This document shows, one piece after another, positions 9,673-20,237 of a DNA stretch of 64,000 nt. The position numbers and the translations under genes are program-made. The notes under the pieces are model-generated. The model was not told the DNA's origin and ran no database searches. It saw nothing but the letters and a program-made list of their open reading frames with translations. This DNA comes from a virus (Duplodnaviria; Caudoviricetes), in the IMG/VR virus record IMGVR_UViG_3300032214_001459, positions 430 to 64,429 of that record. One strand, 5' to 3'. Every line of letters starts with the position of its first letter. The stretch's first letter is position 1.

Positions 9673-9924
9673 TTAGTCGACAAATATAAACTCTTCTGTA
9701 TCAATTGGGTCCATAGTGCAGACTATCCCAGTCTCGCTACTCACTGAAATGATTTTTATTTGCAACGAATCAAGAACACGCTCAACAAAATCTTCCGTAT
9801 TGACTCGCAACTCACTCATGTCCGATTCGTTTTCGTCGCCAGATGTCTGGAACGAAAGAACGACCTCGGAGATTGTGTTGGCAATTAATAATTTTGCTTC
9901 TGAGGTACTTTTTGGTTCTGACAT
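9673..9924 (-). CDS. Hypothetical protein
   Basis: Start at MSEPK preceded 6 nt upstream by TATGAT. Confidence 0.6.
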   Translation of the reverse strand: MSEPKSTSEAKLLIANTISEVVLSFQTSGDENESDMSELRVNTEDFVERVLDSLQIKIISVSSETGIVCTMDPIDTEEFIFVD

Positions 9925-9993
9925 GTTGACATCATAGTTCGTTCTGTGTATCATCTGGGGGCAGGTAAAAACCCATTAGGAATAGGAGAAATA

Positions 9994-10470
9994 ATGAATT
10001 TAGCACCAGTCACGATTTCTGGAAATCTCACAGGAGACCCAGAACTCACTTTTACGGCATCAGGACAAGCGCGTTGCGCATTCTCTGTCGCTGTAAATCA
10101 TGTTTGGTATGACCAAAGCAACGAGAAGCAGGAAAAGACAAGCTTCTTCAACGTTGTAGCTTGGAGATTTGCCGCCGAGCATGCAGCCAGAACCCTTGGA
10201 AAAGGACTTCCAGTTGTTGTTGTGGGCCGACTTGAGCAACGCTCTTACGATGACAAGGATGGGGCAAAGCGCTCAATCACAGAAGTCATTGCGGACACAG
10301 TTGCAATCGACACCAAGGGCCTTGAGGAAATTGTTCGCAGGACAAAGCAGTCAGGCGACACCCCAGCCCCAGCACGGACCAATAGCTCTGCACCAGCACC
10401 ACGTAGAGCAAAGCCAATGACAGCTGCCCCAGTTGGCGGCGGAATGATGGACGCAGAAGAGCCGTTCTAA
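9994..10470 (+). CDS. ssb: Single-stranded DNA-binding protein (actinobacterial type)
   Basis: GNLTGDPELTFT, GRLEQRSY, acidic C-terminus EEPF; AGGAG RBS before ATG 9994. Confidence 0.95.
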   Translation: MNLAPVTISGNLTGDPELTFTASGQARCAFSVAVNHVWYDQSNEKQEKTSFFNVVAWRFAAEHAARTLGKGLPVVVVGRLEQRSYDDKDGAKRSITEVIADTVAIDTKGLEEIVRRTKQSGDTPAPARTNSSAPAPRRAKPMTAAPVGGGMMDAEEPF

Positions 10471-10485
10471 GCAATTAAGTAATTT

Positions 10486-10540
10486 AAAGCGCCCGTTAAC
10501 CCATGGCAGAGACCATGGAACGGGCGCTTTTTATTTTTAT
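10486..10540 (+). terminator. Rho-independent terminator after ssb
   Basis: AAAGCGCCCGTT...AACGGGCGCTTT stem with inner CCATGG/CCATGG pair, followed by T-tract. Confidence 0.85.
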
Positions 10541-10620
10541 CGGTGAGGTTGTTGTTTTTGTCTCTGGCACATATTATTTAACTACTCTAATTAATCCACT
10601 TACCTAAGGAGTTACTAAAT

Positions 10621-10893
10621 ATGTCAGAGTACAACAAGCTCAAAGCTAAAGGAATGAAAAAAGGAAGACCCAAGTTCACTGGCGTTGAGAAGCAGCGCTC
10701 AATGGCACTTGCCGTAATGAGGCAGGAAGCAAGGCGTAGGGCTCACCTCGTACTGAAGAGTCGTCACTCTGATGAGTACGCCGAAATCTACGAAGCTGAA
10801 CTTTCAGCGCTAGCAAGCGAGCCCTCGGCTAAAGAGTTGGGTATCGTTGTAGCAAGTAAGCAATCTAAGAAGACACGTAAAACACAACAATAA
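10621..10893 (+). CDS. Basic hypothetical protein (possible DNA-binding)
   Basis: AAGGAG RBS; KKGRPK AT-hook-like motif, RQEARRRA. Confidence 0.7.
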   Translation: MSEYNKLKAKGMKKGRPKFTGVEKQRSMALAVMRQEARRRAHLVLKSRHSDEYAEIYEAELSALASEPSAKELGIVVASKQSKKTRKTQQ

Positions 10894-10903
10894 GGAGGCC
10901 ATC

Positions 10904-11212
10904 ATGGCTGCAAAGAAAAAGAAGAAGGTTGCGAAAAAGCAACCAGCAAGAAAGAAAGTAGTGAAGAAGAAGGCGGCCAAGAAGGCCGTTAAGAAGAAGG
11001 TAGCAAAGAAAAAGGCTGCACCAAAAAAGAAGGCAGTGAAGAAGGCTGTCAAGAAGACCGCCAAAAAGGTGGTCAAGAAGACTGCAAAAAAGATGGCAAG
11101 CAAGAAAGCTGCAAAGAAGAAGTCAGCACCTCGGAAGAAGAATAATCTTGCAAAAATTATTCAACTTCCAGTATCTCCGATTGTTGAATCAACCGAAGAT
11201 TCACTTATCTAG
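10904..11212 (+). CDS. Histone H1-like Lys/Ala-rich protein
   Basis: AAGGAGG RBS; tandem KKA(A/V)/KKV(A/V) repeats. Confidence 0.8.
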   Translation: MAAKKKKKVAKKQPARKKVVKKKAAKKAVKKKVAKKKAAPKKKAVKKAVKKTAKKVVKKTAKKMASKKAAKKKSAPRKKNNLAKIIQLPVSPIVESTEDSLI

Positions 11213-11509
11213 TTTCCGCAACACTTTCGTCGCGGTCTAATGCGCGGGCCCACCTGTTTTACCACCTCGGATACAGGAACGGCTCGCGCATTTGGATTTT
11301 CTGAATCCTTTTTCTCTTCTTCTGTTTCCTCGTTCATTGCTGGTCCTTATCGTTTACTAGCTCGCCAGTTTTGAACCTTCTTTTTGAATGTTCAAATATT
11401 GCAATTACATCCATATACGACTCAAAGCTGTCGTTTCTTAATTTTCCATCTGCGGCAGCAAGCTCTGACAGTAATTGATTGTCGTTTGAGTCTGTATTAG
11501 GGACGGTCA

Positions 11510-11692
11510 TTAGAACTCCTTATCACGTTTCCTTCTTGGGCGCTTAATCGCCTTTTTTCTTGATTGTCCATATTCTATTTCAACCCATTCGTCGAAATCT
11601 TCATATGCACCAGGGGTGTCGCGTATGTACCGCTCGTACTCTTTTATGAGTTCTACGTACTCTTCGTCGTCTTCGTAAAATTGATTAGGCAT
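11510..11692 (-). CDS. Hypothetical protein
   Basis: 60-aa ORF, acidic N-terminus and basic C-terminus. Confidence 0.6.
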   Translation of the reverse strand: MPNQFYEDDEEYVELIKEYERYIRDTPGAYEDFDEWVEIEYGQSRKKAIKRPRRKRDKEF

Positions 11693-11704
11693 AGTGTTTA
11701 CTTG

Positions 11705-11893
11705 TTAAAGATTACCAGACTCTGAGGTTTTCTTAGAGGAGCGTCTTTCAGCTCTTTTTGACTTCTTGGCCCTGTTTGATGGGAAACCCGAGTGAATCTC
11801 ACTTTTCTCTGCTGCGATAATGTCTGCAACCTCTTCATCCGAGAAATTGGACATGTAGGAGTCAATCATTTCTTTTGTTATCTTCCCACTCAT
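11705..11893 (-). CDS. Hypothetical protein
   Basis: 62-aa ORF, acidic N-terminus and basic C-terminus; GAGG RBS. Confidence 0.6.
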   Translation of the reverse strand: MSGKITKEMIDSYMSNFSDEEVADIIAAEKSEIHSGFPSNRAKKSKRAERRSSKKTSESGNL

Positions 11894-11895
11894 TG

Positions 11896-12054
11896 TTATT
11901 CCTCGATTTCTCTTCTTGAACGTCTACTTGCTCTTCCCTTTGGGCTGGCCGACAATTCCTCGGATACTTTTTCAACATCAGAGATTCCATACTTTTTCTT
12001 CAAGGCAGATAGGTAGTCTTTGTCCATGGAGTCGAGGTCTGTTATTTCACCCAT
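11896..12054 (-). CDS. Small hypothetical protein (52 aa, MGEITDLD...)
   Basis: Read manually; fills the gap between the 2706-aa gene and 11705..11893. Confidence 0.55.
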   Translation of the reverse strand: MGEITDLDSMDKDYLSALKKKYGISDVEKVSEELSASPKGRASRRSRREIEE

Positions 12055-12059
12055 TTTTA

Positions 12060-15000
12060 CTATTTATCATCCGTTTCTTTTTGAGTTTCAATTGGAAGGA
12101 AGCTATAAGAAGGAAGAGCCCCATTCGTTGCCCAGTCGTTGTTCCTTTTCGGGTTAGAAAATCCAAATTTATTCCAGTATTCTCCACTTGAATTCGTTGC
12201 CTCAATCTGAATCAAGGAAACATTATTGTTCTTTGCTTCATTCAGTATTGTCCCTAACATTGTCCTGCCTGTCCCTTCTTCTTTGTGAAGGCTAACAAGG
12301 TAGTCGATAGACAATACACGTCCATCCGAAACATCTCCAATGTTATTCCACCTCTTTGAGTACTCCCCAGAAATTGGAGCATTGCTAATGGCGGTTAGGG
12401 CTATTCCAGTTATTTCTCCGTCTTTATTTCTTGAAATATGCAGACCTGGAGGCCAAGGATTAAGGCTCGGGTCTAAATTTCTTCTATTTTCATCAAAAAT
12501 ACTTTGCAATTTCTCTAGAGTCTGATAAGCCAGACGAGATGATTCCTGCACCTTTGATACAGACTCAAGCTCCTCTAGTAACTCATCTATTCTGGCTTGT
12601 TTCTGGGCTTCTGGAAGATTGCCGTCATAGGCTTCGTCTAGTTGCTCGTCGATTCTCTCTGTGATTAGTCGAATTGTATCCTGTATATCCAGTGTTGCTT
12701 TTTCAACTTCATCAACAAGCTCTTTTGTAACATCTTTCTGTTGATAAGACGAGGTGGTCACTCCTTTTGATGAACTTCTAGATACTGCATCATCTATGAG
12801 TTTAAGTTGTTCTTTGAATTTATCATTTGCTCCAGAGCTAAGGCTCAGACCATCTGTCACTCTTTTATTTCTACCTTTTGACGCTGGCTTTCGTTTCAGG
12901 TCATCATGGCTATATCTAATACGTGTACCAGTCGAGCCGTCATCCTCAAAGTAGTCATAGTCAAACTCTGCTCTGTCGTTAAATTTACGAGTTAAGTCAA
13001 GATATTGATTAAAACGAATCTTATTCTTAATCTTAAGCGTTATTAATTCTTCTTGTTCGTCGGTGGATAGAGAGTCGAAGCTTCTAAGGGCATAATCTGG
13101 AGCAGGACGACTATCCGGCTTCTCTTCTCTTATTTTCTGTCGCTCAGATTCACTATTGTTTGTTTCGTTTAATTCAATATCGTCGTTAAGTATTTCAAAA
13201 CTAAAATCCTGTACACGAATTTCTAAATCCGACCAATCGTTGATTGTTTCATTGTTTTTGAGCATGTTTTCATATTTTTCATATATGCGTTTATATTCTT
13301 CTTCATAAGCGTCGGAGTTAAATGGTTCTACAACCGCCTGACGCTTCCTGATAGATATGTCATGCCTTGGGTTACGTATTCTTATTCCTAATTTTTTTGC
13401 TTCTTTTTCAATCTCGGATAGCGGAATGATATTTTCTGGTATGTTCATGGATTTTTCCATGTCCGTCAACACGGGGTATGGTTTTTTCCTCCACTTATTT
13501 GCAAGCTCTCCATCTGCATATGAAGAATCCATATAAAGTTCTATTAATCTATCCTGTTCCTCTATGGAATCTTCAGAAATGCGCCTATATCCATAATCCT
13601 TGAGGTCTTTAATTCTTTCTTTTCTTAATGTATTTATTCGTTTATTTTTTGCAATTGCAGAACTGACAATGTCGGCATCTATCTTTTCCGAAAAGATATT
13701 TAGTTCTCTGTCTGCACCAGAGCTAAGGCTTGGTCCATCATTTTTCTCTGCTTGCCCAAGCTTTAAACCCCACCCAAGGTCTGATGCCTCTAGCGGTACT
13801 AGTGGGTCAATCCAGTTGAACCCATCAAACAATCCGTCACTCTTCGAGTATCGCAGAATCCCGTTCTCATCTGTCCACATTTTGTCAAGAGCATCTCTTC
13901 CGATTGTGTCGCTTAGCTTATTAAGAACCAAGCTCCTAAATCCGGCATAACCTTCATTAGTGTCTCCATTGGCACTATCGTTTACTTGCAGCTCAAAGAA
14001 TCTCTGTTGTGCGCCAAGCAAGTTAGCTACTTGAGGCCAAACATCTTCACCAAAAGCTCCAAGCCATCCTATGTTCGAAGCCATCTCTCCGTGTCTAGTG
14101 AAGCCCTGCCCAGTGATTAGGTGCATGAATTCATGTGGAGTCGTATATGTCTCTCCAGAGTTATCCCAAGATGGTCTATACAGTGATGCAACTAGGTTTC
14201 TTACTAGAAGCGCTGCTGATACAAATCTTCCACCGTTTTCTGGTGGCTCTTCAGTTGTGTCTGGTATTTGTTTCCAGCCGACTGTTAGTGCTCGCTTTAC
14301 GTCTGGTCTATCTGGGTCTATTCCGGCATCTAGGAGGAGAGTTCTTACGCGAATTGCGTACCTTCTGGCGAATTCATCGTGGTGGGCAACGTTTGCATAT
14401 GCGCGCTGGAACATTTCCTTAACCCTCTTGCCTGCTGGAGAGTCTGAAAATTTAAATGTACTAAGTGGAGTTAGCTTTGTGTTATTTATAACTTCGGCCA
14501 TATTTCTTCCACCCGTTGCTGCGTCACCATTTGCAGACATGACTTTTGAGTCGGCCAAAATTTCTTCAGCTGGGTCATCAGGGAACATGTGTTTTTTCAC
14601 CAATGTCATAAACGGAATACCTGGTGTTGCCTGGTGATACTCGAACATTATTGTATTTAGTCTCGAATACTGGAAACTTCCTCTTTCCCGTGTCTGTAAT
14701 GCGGCTATTGGCACGGACATTATTATTTCATCGTTTATATCTCTAAGAACAAAAGAATTAACACCATCAATTGATTCCTGTCTGAATTCGCGCATCATGA
14801 ATTGCTGGCGCGACTCACCAAGGTCGTTTCTTAATTCTTGCATTTTTATAATTGATTTTGCCGCTGCTGAAGCCCATACATCAAGTGGTGGAAGCGCATA
14901 GTCCCGTGCGGCTTGAACAAACTCATCGTCACCAGCAAGGTCTGCTAGTTCACTGATAACTGGACCAAGTATCTTCTTTGTTGGAGAACCTGCAACTTCG

Positions 15001-18000
15001 ACTCTTGAGTGTCCAAGTCCTTTGAATATTTCGGCAAGTGATTCAATTGGTAGAATTTCTTCTTCAAGACTATTAAATCCAGGGTGTGGACTAAACTTGT
15101 CCTCACTCATTTGCGCTATTTGTAGCAAGAAGTCAAGGAAGTCATTTGTAGATACAGGGGTTCCATCTTTCTTCTTTATTTCTGAAGCCAACTTGTAGAT
15201 AAGTCTTTGGTCAATTGGGGTTGATGGTTCTTCCGGAAGAGAAGCTCTTTCAAAAGACTTTGCCACTCTCGTCAAAATTTCTTCATCGCTAACCATGCCG
15301 GAGCTCAATCCGAGAGCACCTCTCGACGTCATGCGGTTAAGAGCAGACCACTGTCTGTTAGACAACTGCCCGTTATTCTTGTAATACTGAGCCACAACAC
15401 TGCGAGAGAAGTTATCTTTTCTCTGAGAGGCAAGACGTATTATCTCCCTCTTTTCGTCATCCGAAAGATTTATCTTTGGCTGTGCACCAGATGAAAGAGA
15501 TGCGCCATCGGCGATTCGTTTGGCTTTTTTCTTTTCTTCTTCTCTTTGGCGTTTGAGCAGAGCGTTGTATTCTATCTTTGAGTAAACTTGGCCATACATT
15601 GCCCTAAATGTTTGTGTTGCTCCGTCCCGTGCCCCTTCAGCTTCTGCTACGTAGTAGTGGTTTCCGTTATCGACGTAATCTTGCTCATATGCTTTTAGTT
15701 TTTCATACTGATTTTCAAGCGATATAACAATACTTCTGGCGGCCAATCTATTTTCTGCTTCTAGTACTTGTTCTGATGCTTTGGCTGCACCACTGGAGTA
15801 ACCAGCTTCAAAATATCCACCGTTCTCGTGATAAATAGCTTGTTCTTTTAATTTATCTGAAACTTTTTGCCCATCAGAAATGTTCTGTTTCGTTGGTTTA
15901 CGGCCACGTGGTAAGTCACGCTTTTTCGCTCCAGAAGAAAGTGAAGGAGAACTAGTTCCACTAGCAAAAAGCTCTCCAAGTTCACTCAGCTTCGATGAGT
16001 GGTTAACTTTTTCTGAACCAATGTTATATTTTTCTGCTAGCGCGAGCATCAACTTACCGTGACCACGACGATGATAATCCTCGGGGACAAGGACGTCAGA
16101 TATGGTCAGCTTGCCTCGATTTCCAAGCTCGCCCCCAGTGTCGGTGCGTGCGTGAAGGACGCCAACTTCCAATCCGTTTGACCTCATTCTTACTGTGAGG
16201 TTCTGCTCCTCTGTATCATCAAATCTAGTTTTTAGTTCTGATTCTATGGACACCTTTATTGAGTCTCCATTTTTATCTTTAACAGTTAGTTGTACATCTC
16301 TATTTTTAATGCGATTTGATTCGCCAGAAACAGAAAGTTCATCTCTGTTAACCGCTATGGAAACCGAGTTAATGTCTAGATTTGCCCTATTTGCTTTAAT
16401 CCTGTCAATTACTTCGTTTAGATAGTCCCAACGACGACCGCCAGAACGTTCTGCGTGACCCACCGTCGGGTATGGGGTCAGGTCTCTATTAACTATTTTC
16501 CACAAATCATGATTGATTGATTCTCTTGCCACCGGAAGTTTTTGGCCCTTTGGAATAACCGAGCCATTCTTTTTTAGTAATTCAATTATTTCATCCTCTG
16601 GCACTGGTTGACCAACGTTGTAGAAATCAATATTTGTTAAATCATCAATATCATTAAGAATCGTTGCGATTCTTTCGAATTCAGGAACCCCGTAGTAGTT
16701 CTCTATAACCTCAAACGTGTCTCCCTTATTGAACCAACCACCCCTATCCACGAAACGTCTGTATTCTTGGTCAAATATCAAATCTGATTTACCGACACCA
16801 AAAATTGGATACCATTTCCCTACTGGATTGGCCTTTCCGCCTTTGCCCGTGCTCTGGTAGAAGGGTATTCTTATTCCGTTTACATCAACAAGTGCCATTG
16901 GTCTACCGGCAACTGTGAAAATTGGAGACTGTATCTGCTTGCCTGTTTCTGGGTCTATTAAATCAACTTCCGCTATTTGTAAATCTAAATTACGCAAATA
17001 ATCAATAGCAGAATTTACTTTTTCAAGTTGTTTTTTGCGTTCTTTTGGTGAGACTCTTGCCCCTGATGACAAAGATGGTGGCATGTCTTCTACATCGTCT
17101 GGAAGTGGCTCTATTAAGTCATTTACAAAGTTTGATAAATCCTCTTGTAGATTTCTTACTGGAGGATTTGATGTTCCATCAAATTGTGTTGCTGCGGCAA
17201 ATGCTCTACCGTCATCAGAAAGTGCAGAACTATGGTGAAGGTCTTGGTCGGGCCAGAAATCTCTCTGGTATTTGAATAAGGCAGAAGCGAGTCCTCTCCT
17301 CTTGTGCTTGTCATCAATCGCAATTTCGTTAACTATTGATGTTGAATCTTCCCCAGATGGGGTCATGACTGACATAGCCCCAACTAAACCATTTTTCTTA
17401 TTTCTTATATATTTTTCATCTGTCATTCTACTTATTACGGATATACCGACTTCGTCTAGTGGTTTTCCGTAGAAGGAGAGAAGTTCTTGTTCTCTTTTTT
17501 CAACAAATGCATCGAGTTTTGTCTTTTCAAAAACATAAACATTGTCACCAAGTGGACCAGTAGCGAATATCACATATTCTTTATTTTTTCCACTTTCATC
17601 CCTAAAGCTAATCGTGCGTATAGGTGTGGCAAAATTGTCATTTTCTCTATTATCTAAATCACTAACAATATTTAACTTCTGTGAGCCAGATTCGGGAACG
17701 TTTAAGCCAGAAGCCAGGGAAATTGAGTAGTCAAGTCGAGCCAATTCTCTGTCTTCTTCTGAAGACGATGAGAATACCTGTTCCGATGCTGCTGAGTTTA
17801 CTTCTCTCTTCGCTGAGCGCTGTTTAGATGTTCTGCCAGAAGATAGAGCGAGTTCTAGTGATTCATTATCATCCCACGGTCTGCTTTCTGAACCATCACC
17901 AAGAAAACTTTCAATATCTTTTCTTAATTTTTCATTTATTGCATTTTTTCTCACCTCTTGGTTTGGGTGGAAGTAAGCAACAACACCCTCTGCAAATGTT

Positions 18001-20180
18001 TCGGCTGGATTGGTGTGTCCGTATGATGTGATGACACGCGGAACGTCGTTTGTTTCATCTACGGGAACCTTGTCATCCCATAGTTTCATCAGTGGTAGGT
18101 CCCTATCTGTTTGCTTGTAATACTCAGAAAGCAAAAGCGCATTTAGGTAGTTGTCATCGTTTATATTGCCTGAACCAAAGAAATTAGTTCTGTTTTTCTT
18201 TCCTTGCTCGGTGTCTTTGACTGCTCTGAAAACGAGCCAGTGACCCCATTCGTGGACAATCGTCCCACTGATTGATTTGTCTATATGCGCATCAGTTATC
18301 AATGGCATATGCGTATCAGACCACAGAAGAGGTGTCTCTTCTCCTGGTACTGAACCCTCTCTATCGATAAGGGCGCGCTTGTTGAATATTAGAAGATTTG
18401 TACCAGGGGACAATCTTGCTCTAACAAATGGTTTTTTAGACAAAAATCTTTCATTTTGCAGTCTTGTTAATTTTTGACTGACCGATGGAATCGCTTCGTA
18501 TGTTTCAACACCTTTTGCCGACATTACTCCGATGGATGGAGCACCATGGTTTTCGAATGCCCATTTAACAGCTGGAGAAGAGTCGAGCAAAGCCTCCACC
18601 GCATCTCGTGATGCTTTAACGTTTTCTGGGGAGTAGTCGACTTCGTCCCATGGCGAATTCGCCATCATTTCGTCGTAATACTTTTTAAATGCAGCTCTTG
18701 GTCCTTCGATTTCATATGCACCTGGAGCAATGTCATCAACCCACATTCTGAAGTGTCCATCCTGCGAGTCTGGAACAATCAAATCTGCTATCTGTTTGCT
18801 ACTAAGCCCTTTTAGCCAGTCATTCTTGTATGCATTTATCTTTCCGCCAAGAACACTATCGTCGCCGTAATTGTAGTTAGTCGAACGATGCTTCTTAAGC
18901 ATTTCTCGTTCATTTTTTTGAAACGATATAACTGGACGCTTTTTATTGTTATCCAGTTTTATTATTGGGCGCTCCTGTGAGCCAGATGACAAACTTGGTT
19001 GCTGATTCTGCTTTGCAGCCTTAATAAACTCTTCTTTTGCTGCTCTAAATTTTTTTATTTCTGCATCAAATTTTTCATTATCTTTCTGCAGTTTGTTTTT
19101 TCTCTTTTCAGAATCAAGAAGATTAGTTGGCCAATCTCTTTCAAGAGCACCGTTTATTATTGCCGACATAACACGGCCCGTGGCTTGTGCGTCGGCGTCT
19201 GCGGTATGGTGTTTTTCTCCTAGCTCAACCTCTAAATACTTGGTTATCGCGGCAAGACCGTTTGATGGTTTCTTGTTTCCTTCAGAGTCAATAAGAAATG
19301 GCCCATCCTGATTTTCTTCAGACCACTTCGGAAGAGTCATGTCTGCTATGTCTTTTGTGTCCAGGTATCCACCGGGACGCCATTCAATTCCGGCATCGCT
19401 AAGCGTCTGTTCTAGAACGTCTTTGTCAAACGCAGCATTCTGTACACCAAAAATTGCATCTTCTCCAGCGAATTCAACGAGCGCCCTGTGAGCTTCGGCC
19501 ATAGACATCTGTTTGGATAGCCATTCGTCTGTTAGCTGGTTTCCGTCTTTATCTTTTAATTCTCTTGCCGACCATTCGCCAAGCGGCTCTTTTGGATTCA
19601 TGAATAGATTCAGGCGAGCTATTTCTTTATCGCCCTTCATTCTCACAACGCCAAATTGAACTGGCTGACCATTGGCTGACGGTTCTCTGAATTCGTCAAA
19701 TACAAGACCAGTTGTTTCGTAGTCAAAGAAGTTTATTTCGGTATCGTCGTAAATCTCTTTAAACTCTTCCCATGTTTTTGCTTTGCCAAATCTTTCTTCA
19801 GCACTTCCAATAAATGGGCCATATGTGGGTTTTCGTGGGAAAGATGGTTTTTTATCTTTTTCTCCACTAGATAGAGATAATTTTGGGGCATTAGGCATCG
19901 ACGATGGGGTTGGGTCTGGTTGCTCCCAGCCCGGCCACCCATCGAAAATTGTTCCATCTCCGTCGACGTCAACTCTGGTGCGGGGATTCAGGTCTCCATC
20001 TGGGACGCCAAGTCCACGAGCTCCGCGCCTTCTTTCACCACCTATATTTGGTCGGTCAACGAGTCTGCTTGCTGCCGATGAGCCGATTCGCCGGCCTATT
20101 GCCTTGACGTTAATTTCCTCTTTTTTACCACGACGTGACAGGCTAAAGGGAATCTCGAACTCATTATTTTGCGAAGACAT
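12060..20180 (-). CDS. 2706-aa multidomain (polyvalent) protein: DEDDh 3'-5' exonuclease, zincin metallopeptidase-like, three GNAT-like domains
   Basis: FFDYETTG...QNAAFD...LDT...HTADAD (about 19150-19745); HEWGH...PAETFAEG (about 17900-18300); GNAT motif A RRGLAS, RRGHG, GTGRTML; HEFMH; about 10 xL(S/A)SG linkers. Confidence 0.85.
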   Translation of the reverse strand: MSSQNNEFEIPFSLSRRGKKEEINVKAIGRRIGSSAASRLVDRPNIGGERRRGARGLGVPDGDLNPRTRVDVDGDGTIFDGWPGWEQPDPTPSSMPNAPKLSLSSGEKDKKPSFPRKPTYGPFIGSAEERFGKAKTWEEFKEIYDDTEINFFDYETTGLVFDEFREPSANGQPVQFGVVRMKGDKEIARLNLFMNPKEPLGEWSARELKDKDGNQLTDEWLSKQMSMAEAHRALVEFAGEDAIFGVQNAAFDKDVLEQTLSDAGIEWRPGGYLDTKDIADMTLPKWSEENQDGPFLIDSEGNKKPSNGLAAITKYLEVELGEKHHTADADAQATGRVMSAIINGALERDWPTNLLDSEKRKNKLQKDNEKFDAEIKKFRAAKEEFIKAAKQNQQPSLSSGSQERPIIKLDNNKKRPVISFQKNEREMLKKHRSTNYNYGDDSVLGGKINAYKNDWLKGLSSKQIADLIVPDSQDGHFRMWVDDIAPGAYEIEGPRAAFKKYYDEMMANSPWDEVDYSPENVKASRDAVEALLDSSPAVKWAFENHGAPSIGVMSAKGVETYEAIPSVSQKLTRLQNERFLSKKPFVRARLSPGTNLLIFNKRALIDREGSVPGEETPLLWSDTHMPLITDAHIDKSISGTIVHEWGHWLVFRAVKDTEQGKKNRTNFFGSGNINDDNYLNALLLSEYYKQTDRDLPLMKLWDDKVPVDETNDVPRVITSYGHTNPAETFAEGVVAYFHPNQEVRKNAINEKLRKDIESFLGDGSESRPWDDNESLELALSSGRTSKQRSAKREVNSAASEQVFSSSSEEDRELARLDYSISLASGLNVPESGSQKLNIVSDLDNRENDNFATPIRTISFRDESGKNKEYVIFATGPLGDNVYVFEKTKLDAFVEKREQELLSFYGKPLDEVGISVISRMTDEKYIRNKKNGLVGAMSVMTPSGEDSTSIVNEIAIDDKHKRRGLASALFKYQRDFWPDQDLHHSSALSDDGRAFAAATQFDGTSNPPVRNLQEDLSNFVNDLIEPLPDDVEDMPPSLSSGARVSPKERKKQLEKVNSAIDYLRNLDLQIAEVDLIDPETGKQIQSPIFTVAGRPMALVDVNGIRIPFYQSTGKGGKANPVGKWYPIFGVGKSDLIFDQEYRRFVDRGGWFNKGDTFEVIENYYGVPEFERIATILNDIDDLTNIDFYNVGQPVPEDEIIELLKKNGSVIPKGQKLPVARESINHDLWKIVNRDLTPYPTVGHAERSGGRRWDYLNEVIDRIKANRANLDINSVSIAVNRDELSVSGESNRIKNRDVQLTVKDKNGDSIKVSIESELKTRFDDTEEQNLTVRMRSNGLEVGVLHARTDTGGELGNRGKLTISDVLVPEDYHRRGHGKLMLALAEKYNIGSEKVNHSSKLSELGELFASGTSSPSLSSGAKKRDLPRGRKPTKQNISDGQKVSDKLKEQAIYHENGGYFEAGYSSGAAKASEQVLEAENRLAARSIVISLENQYEKLKAYEQDYVDNGNHYYVAEAEGARDGATQTFRAMYGQVYSKIEYNALLKRQREEEKKKAKRIADGASLSSGAQPKINLSDDEKREIIRLASQRKDNFSRSVVAQYYKNNGQLSNRQWSALNRMTSRGALGLSSGMVSDEEILTRVAKSFERASLPEEPSTPIDQRLIYKLASEIKKKDGTPVSTNDFLDFLLQIAQMSEDKFSPHPGFNSLEEEILPIESLAEIFKGLGHSRVEVAGSPTKKILGPVISELADLAGDDEFVQAARDYALPPLDVWASAAAKSIIKMQELRNDLGESRQQFMMREFRQESIDGVNSFVLRDINDEIIMSVPIAALQTRERGSFQYSRLNTIMFEYHQATPGIPFMTLVKKHMFPDDPAEEILADSKVMSANGDAATGGRNMAEVINNTKLTPLSTFKFSDSPAGKRVKEMFQRAYANVAHHDEFARRYAIRVRTLLLDAGIDPDRPDVKRALTVGWKQIPDTTEEPPENGGRFVSAALLVRNLVASLYRPSWDNSGETYTTPHEFMHLITGQGFTRHGEMASNIGWLGAFGEDVWPQVANLLGAQQRFFELQVNDSANGDTNEGYAGFRSLVLNKLSDTIGRDALDKMWTDENGILRYSKSDGLFDGFNWIDPLVPLEASDLGWGLKLGQAEKNDGPSLSSGADRELNIFSEKIDADIVSSAIAKNKRINTLRKERIKDLKDYGYRRISEDSIEEQDRLIELYMDSSYADGELANKWRKKPYPVLTDMEKSMNIPENIIPLSEIEKEAKKLGIRIRNPRHDISIRKRQAVVEPFNSDAYEEEYKRIYEKYENMLKNNETINDWSDLEIRVQDFSFEILNDDIELNETNNSESERQKIREEKPDSRPAPDYALRSFDSLSTDEQEELITLKIKNKIRFNQYLDLTRKFNDRAEFDYDYFEDDGSTGTRIRYSHDDLKRKPASKGRNKRVTDGLSLSSGANDKFKEQLKLIDDAVSRSSSKGVTTSSYQQKDVTKELVDEVEKATLDIQDTIRLITERIDEQLDEAYDGNLPEAQKQARIDELLEELESVSKVQESSRLAYQTLEKLQSIFDENRRNLDPSLNPWPPGLHISRNKDGEITGIALTAISNAPISGEYSKRWNNIGDVSDGRVLSIDYLVSLHKEEGTGRTMLGTILNEAKNNNVSLIQIEATNSSGEYWNKFGFSNPKRNNDWATNGALPSYSFLPIETQKETDDK

Positions 20181-20237
20181 TTCGCTTGCAATGATACCAC
20201 TATGCCTAAAAGGTCAAGAGTTTATAATTAGTGAAAA

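Noticed and set aside
12060-20180. Tape-measure or tail-fibre identity for the giant ORFs
   Set aside because: No periodic helical or beta-repeat pattern; they contain discrete enzyme motifs instead
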